Part shown: positions 61,828-64,000 of the stretch, one piece after another
How positions within the stretch are numbered: position 1 is the first letter of the stretch
Layout of the letters: the number at the start of each line of letters is the position of its first letter
Assembly: GCA_000708835.1 (NCBI GenBank)
Contig: DF237175.1
Span: 70,931-134,930, forward strand
Direction: 5' to 3'
From: Klebsormidium nitens
Taxonomy: Eukaryota > Plantae > Klebsormidiophyceae
Length of the DNA: 64,000 nt
The notes under the pieces: model-generated
Told to the model about the DNA's origin: nothing
Databases searched by the model: none
The model's input: only the letters and a program-made list of their open reading frames with translations
Made by a program: the position numbers and the translations under genes

Positions 61828-62607
61828 ATGAATCCCCCGGGCACTATTTTGTCTCCCGGGCAAGTGTATGCACAACTTTTGAAAGAGAATCTCTTCTTGA
61901 AGACTGGCGCAAAGTCGTTCCGTTACTTCTATTACGCTGGGGGGAACAAAGAAGGTCGGTTCGACTATTTCATGAAACGGTTTGGCAGTTCCTCTGATCA
62001 GCCCGACTTTGTGGAGGAGTGTGAATGCACTCACTGGATCAAAGAGAACTGCTACGTGGAATATATGCCCGACGACGTGCGATGCAAACCGCCCAAACTG
62101 TTTGTGGTCGGGAACTGCTGCATCCGAAAATTTCTGCCTCGTGACAACCAGGGTAAGACCTGTTCAGACTGCCGTATGCCTCACAAGAATCGTAAAGACA
62201 ACTACTGTACCCCCTGCCGCGAAAAGCGCGACGGTCGCCGCTGTAACGAGTGTGGCAAGAAACAGAGGAAGAGCGAGGTAGGCTACTGTCCCGACTGCCG
62301 GGCAGCTTTCGGCCGTCGGATGTTCGAGAATCGGATGAAGGAGATTGCGCAGATTGCCCGCCGTCCGATGGACATTAATGACTACATGCGGAAAATCGAC
62401 CGCGATACGAACCCCGACGAAATTGACGTCCGTCCGAAATATGTGCCAGAAGCGTCGAATTGTATTTGGCCAATGGGCAAGTACAAAGGTAGGTTTGTAC
62501 ATGAGATTGAGGAGAATTATGCCACATGGGCTGTCCAAACCATCCGTCCGCAAACTCCAATCGTCGGACTCTCCCTGGGCTATCTGAAAGCCAAGTTTGC
62601 ACTTTAA
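61828..62607 (+). CDS. Multi-zinc-finger protein of giant-virus type, 259 aa
   Basis: YAGG...CECTHWIKENCYV...GNCCIRKF, then CSDC/CTPC and CNEC/CPDC pairs. C-terminal WPMGKYKG..VHEI...YATW resembles the PFGKYKG (DUF3820-like) module. Confidence 0.7.
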   Translation: MNPPGTILSPGQVYAQLLKENLFLKTGAKSFRYFYYAGGNKEGRFDYFMKRFGSSSDQPDFVEECECTHWIKENCYVEYMPDDVRCKPPKLFVVGNCCIRKFLPRDNQGKTCSDCRMPHKNRKDNYCTPCREKRDGRRCNECGKKQRKSEVGYCPDCRAAFGRRMFENRMKEIAQIARRPMDINDYMRKIDRDTNPDEIDVRPKYVPEASNCIWPMGKYKGRFVHEIEENYATWAVQTIRPQTPIVGLSLGYLKAKFAL

Positions 62608-62642
62608 CCACAAAACATCATTTTTCTTATTTCATTTTCAGT

Positions 62643-62666
62643 CAAAATGAAAACTACTTAAAGAAA
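62643..62666 (+). promoter_or_regulatory. Viral upstream motif class I, copy 3
   Basis: CAAAATGAAAACTACTTAAAGAAA; TTAAAGA ends 20 nt before the primase ATG 62685. Confidence 0.65.
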
Positions 62667-62684
62667 TGTCGCCAGGTATATAAA

Positions 62685-64000
62685 ATGGCAACAAAACTTC
62701 TGAACTTCCTCGCACCCCGCAAAGTAGCAAAAGGATCTGAATATACACACACTGGTTGTGCTGGTGACTTCAAAGGGATTTACTATATCAAGACCGAGCA
62801 CTATGATGAGTTCATGGCACTGTATAACGCGGCTCTCAAGAAGAAAGTGCATCTGACATTGACTGAAAAGCACAAGGGTCAGTCCCCGATCTTCATCGAT
62901 TTTGATCTCAAGCAGGACTCGGCTACCCGTATTTACACTGCCGACCACATCAAGGCACTGTATGACGCCGTCACCAAGGAAGCCTCTAATTACGTCAAAT
63001 TTGACGAGGAAGCCTTGGAGTGTTTCGTACTCGAGAAGCCTGCCCCGAGGAAGGATAAAAATCACCCATATAAAGACGGTTTCCACCTGCACTTTCCCGA
63101 CCTGGTCACCTGCCAGTCTGTCCAGAAAATTATCCGTACAAACCTGTTAGAATCTGGCACGATTTCCGACATTTTTGCTGACGCCACGTTCCGCAACAGT
63201 TTTGAGGAAATGTACGATGCAGCGGTTATCGACAAGAACCCGCTGCTATTATACGGTAGTACTAAAGATGGTACAGGTCCTGCGTACACGTGCACGTACA
63301 AGTTGTGGGGTCAGGACGGCAAAAGCGAAGACTGTGAAGACGAACTACCTGATCTAACTGACCGCCTCTCCATTCGCAACAAAGATGTCGCCCTGCCTGT
63401 ACTTGAAGAGAAAAAGGCGGAGGTTGCCGAATATGCCGCGCGTGCAAGTGCCAAGGCTGAAGCTGCCAAGGTTGTTTGTGAAACTAAGCCCAAGTGTAAC
63501 ATGGTACTTCTTGGCGAGGTACAACAGCTTGTGGCTATGCTTTCTCCCTCACGTGCGGACAACCGCTCTGACTGGCTTGCACTCGGTTCAAGCTTGAAGA
63601 GCGGCGACGAAAGTTTGTTGCCAGTCTGGGATACATTCAGCCAACTCTCATCGAAGTACAAGTCTGGCGAATGTGAAAAGTTGTGGTACGACTTTAAACC
63701 GGGCAACACCATTCGCAGTCTGCACTATTGGGCTAAGTTGGACAGTCCCGACGAGTACAAGAAGTACAACGAGACCAGCCTACAAACCGCTCCGATGACG
63801 TCACTATCTGGCAGTCATTATGATGTAGCCCAGGTTGTGTACTCAATGTACAAGTTTGACTACGTCAGTACAAAAGACCAGAAAAACAACACTACTTGGT
63901 ACAAATTCAGCGGGCATCGTTGGGAAGAGTGCGTCGGTGGGGTTGACCTCCGCAACAAACTCAGTACGGATGTGTACAAAGCGTACATTACGATGTCAAA
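62685..64000 (+). CDS. D5-like primase-helicase, N-terminal part (AEP primase, PriCT-2, D5_N); truncated by the window end
   Basis: Open for 438 codons from ATG 62685: YTHT, PIFIDFDLK (motif I), FVLEKP, KDGFHLHFP (motif II), MYDAAV, LLYGSTK, LSIRN, RADNRSDWLALG...WDTFSQLSSKY...LHYWAKLDSPDEY (PriCT-2), HYDVAQVVYSMYK, WYKFSGHRW (D5_N). Confidence 0.9.
   Translation, partial: MATKLLNFLAPRKVAKGSEYTHTGCAGDFKGIYYIKTEHYDEFMALYNAALKKKVHLTLTEKHKGQSPIFIDFDLKQDSATRIYTADHIKALYDAVTKEASNYVKFDEEALECFVLEKPAPRKDKNHPYKDGFHLHFPDLVTCQSVQKIIRTNLLESGTISDIFADATFRNSFEEMYDAAVIDKNPLLLYGSTKDGTGPAYTCTYKLWGQDGKSEDCEDELPDLTDRLSIRNKDVALPVLEEKKAEVAEYAARASAKAEAAKVVCETKPKCNMVLLGEVQQLVAMLSPSRADNRSDWLALGSSLKSGDESLLPVWDTFSQLSSKYKSGECEKLWYDFKPGNTIRSLHYWAKLDSPDEYKKYNETSLQTAPMTSLSGSHYDVAQVVYSMYKFDYVSTKDQKNNTTWYKFSGHRWEECVGGVDLRNKLSTDVYKAYITMS

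Larger units (their letters stand above)
56341..64000. mobile_element. Left end of an endogenous viral element or large virus-like mobile element (NCLDV- or Polinton-like-virus-related), continuing beyond the window
   Basis: Abrupt switch to intronless, tightly packed, AT-richer ORFs, with a tyrosine recombinase, an AEP-PriCT2-D5 primase-helicase, shared upstream motifs and a terminal inverted repeat. The left boundary is approximate (56341 or about 56880). Confidence 0.85.

Noticed and set aside
1-64000. CRISPR arrays, rRNA or intact tRNA genes
   Set aside because: No repeat-spacer array or recognisable structural RNA was seen. The short repeats present are tandem duplications without unique spacers.

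Overview
Gene-dense, GC-rich eukaryotic DNA with GT-AG introns and a plant-like gene set (HUA1-like, BUB3, CCB3, ATP10, AIPP1-like). A streptophyte alga such as Klebsormidium is the likely source (inference from gene content only). Bases 1-56,300 hold about 13 intron-containing host genes: a two-domain glycosyltransferase, WD40, RING-HC, CCCH, BUB3, ankyrin, myosin-TH1, CCB3, VOC, EsV-1-7-repeat, ATP10, RRM and Zn-ribbon-repeat proteins. They also hold a 740-bp TA-flanked MITE. From 56,341 to the window end the character changes abruptly. A 92-bp inverted repeat is followed by compact, intronless, AT-richer ORFs. These include a tyrosine recombinase broken by two frameshifts, an NCLDV-type Zn-finger protein and an AEP-PriCT2-D5 primase-helicase that runs off the window and is absent from the ORF track. 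Two distinct upstream motifs each precede three of these ORFs. This block is best read as the left end of an endogenous virus or large virus-like mobile element. All family assignments come from motif recognition by eye; no database search was run.
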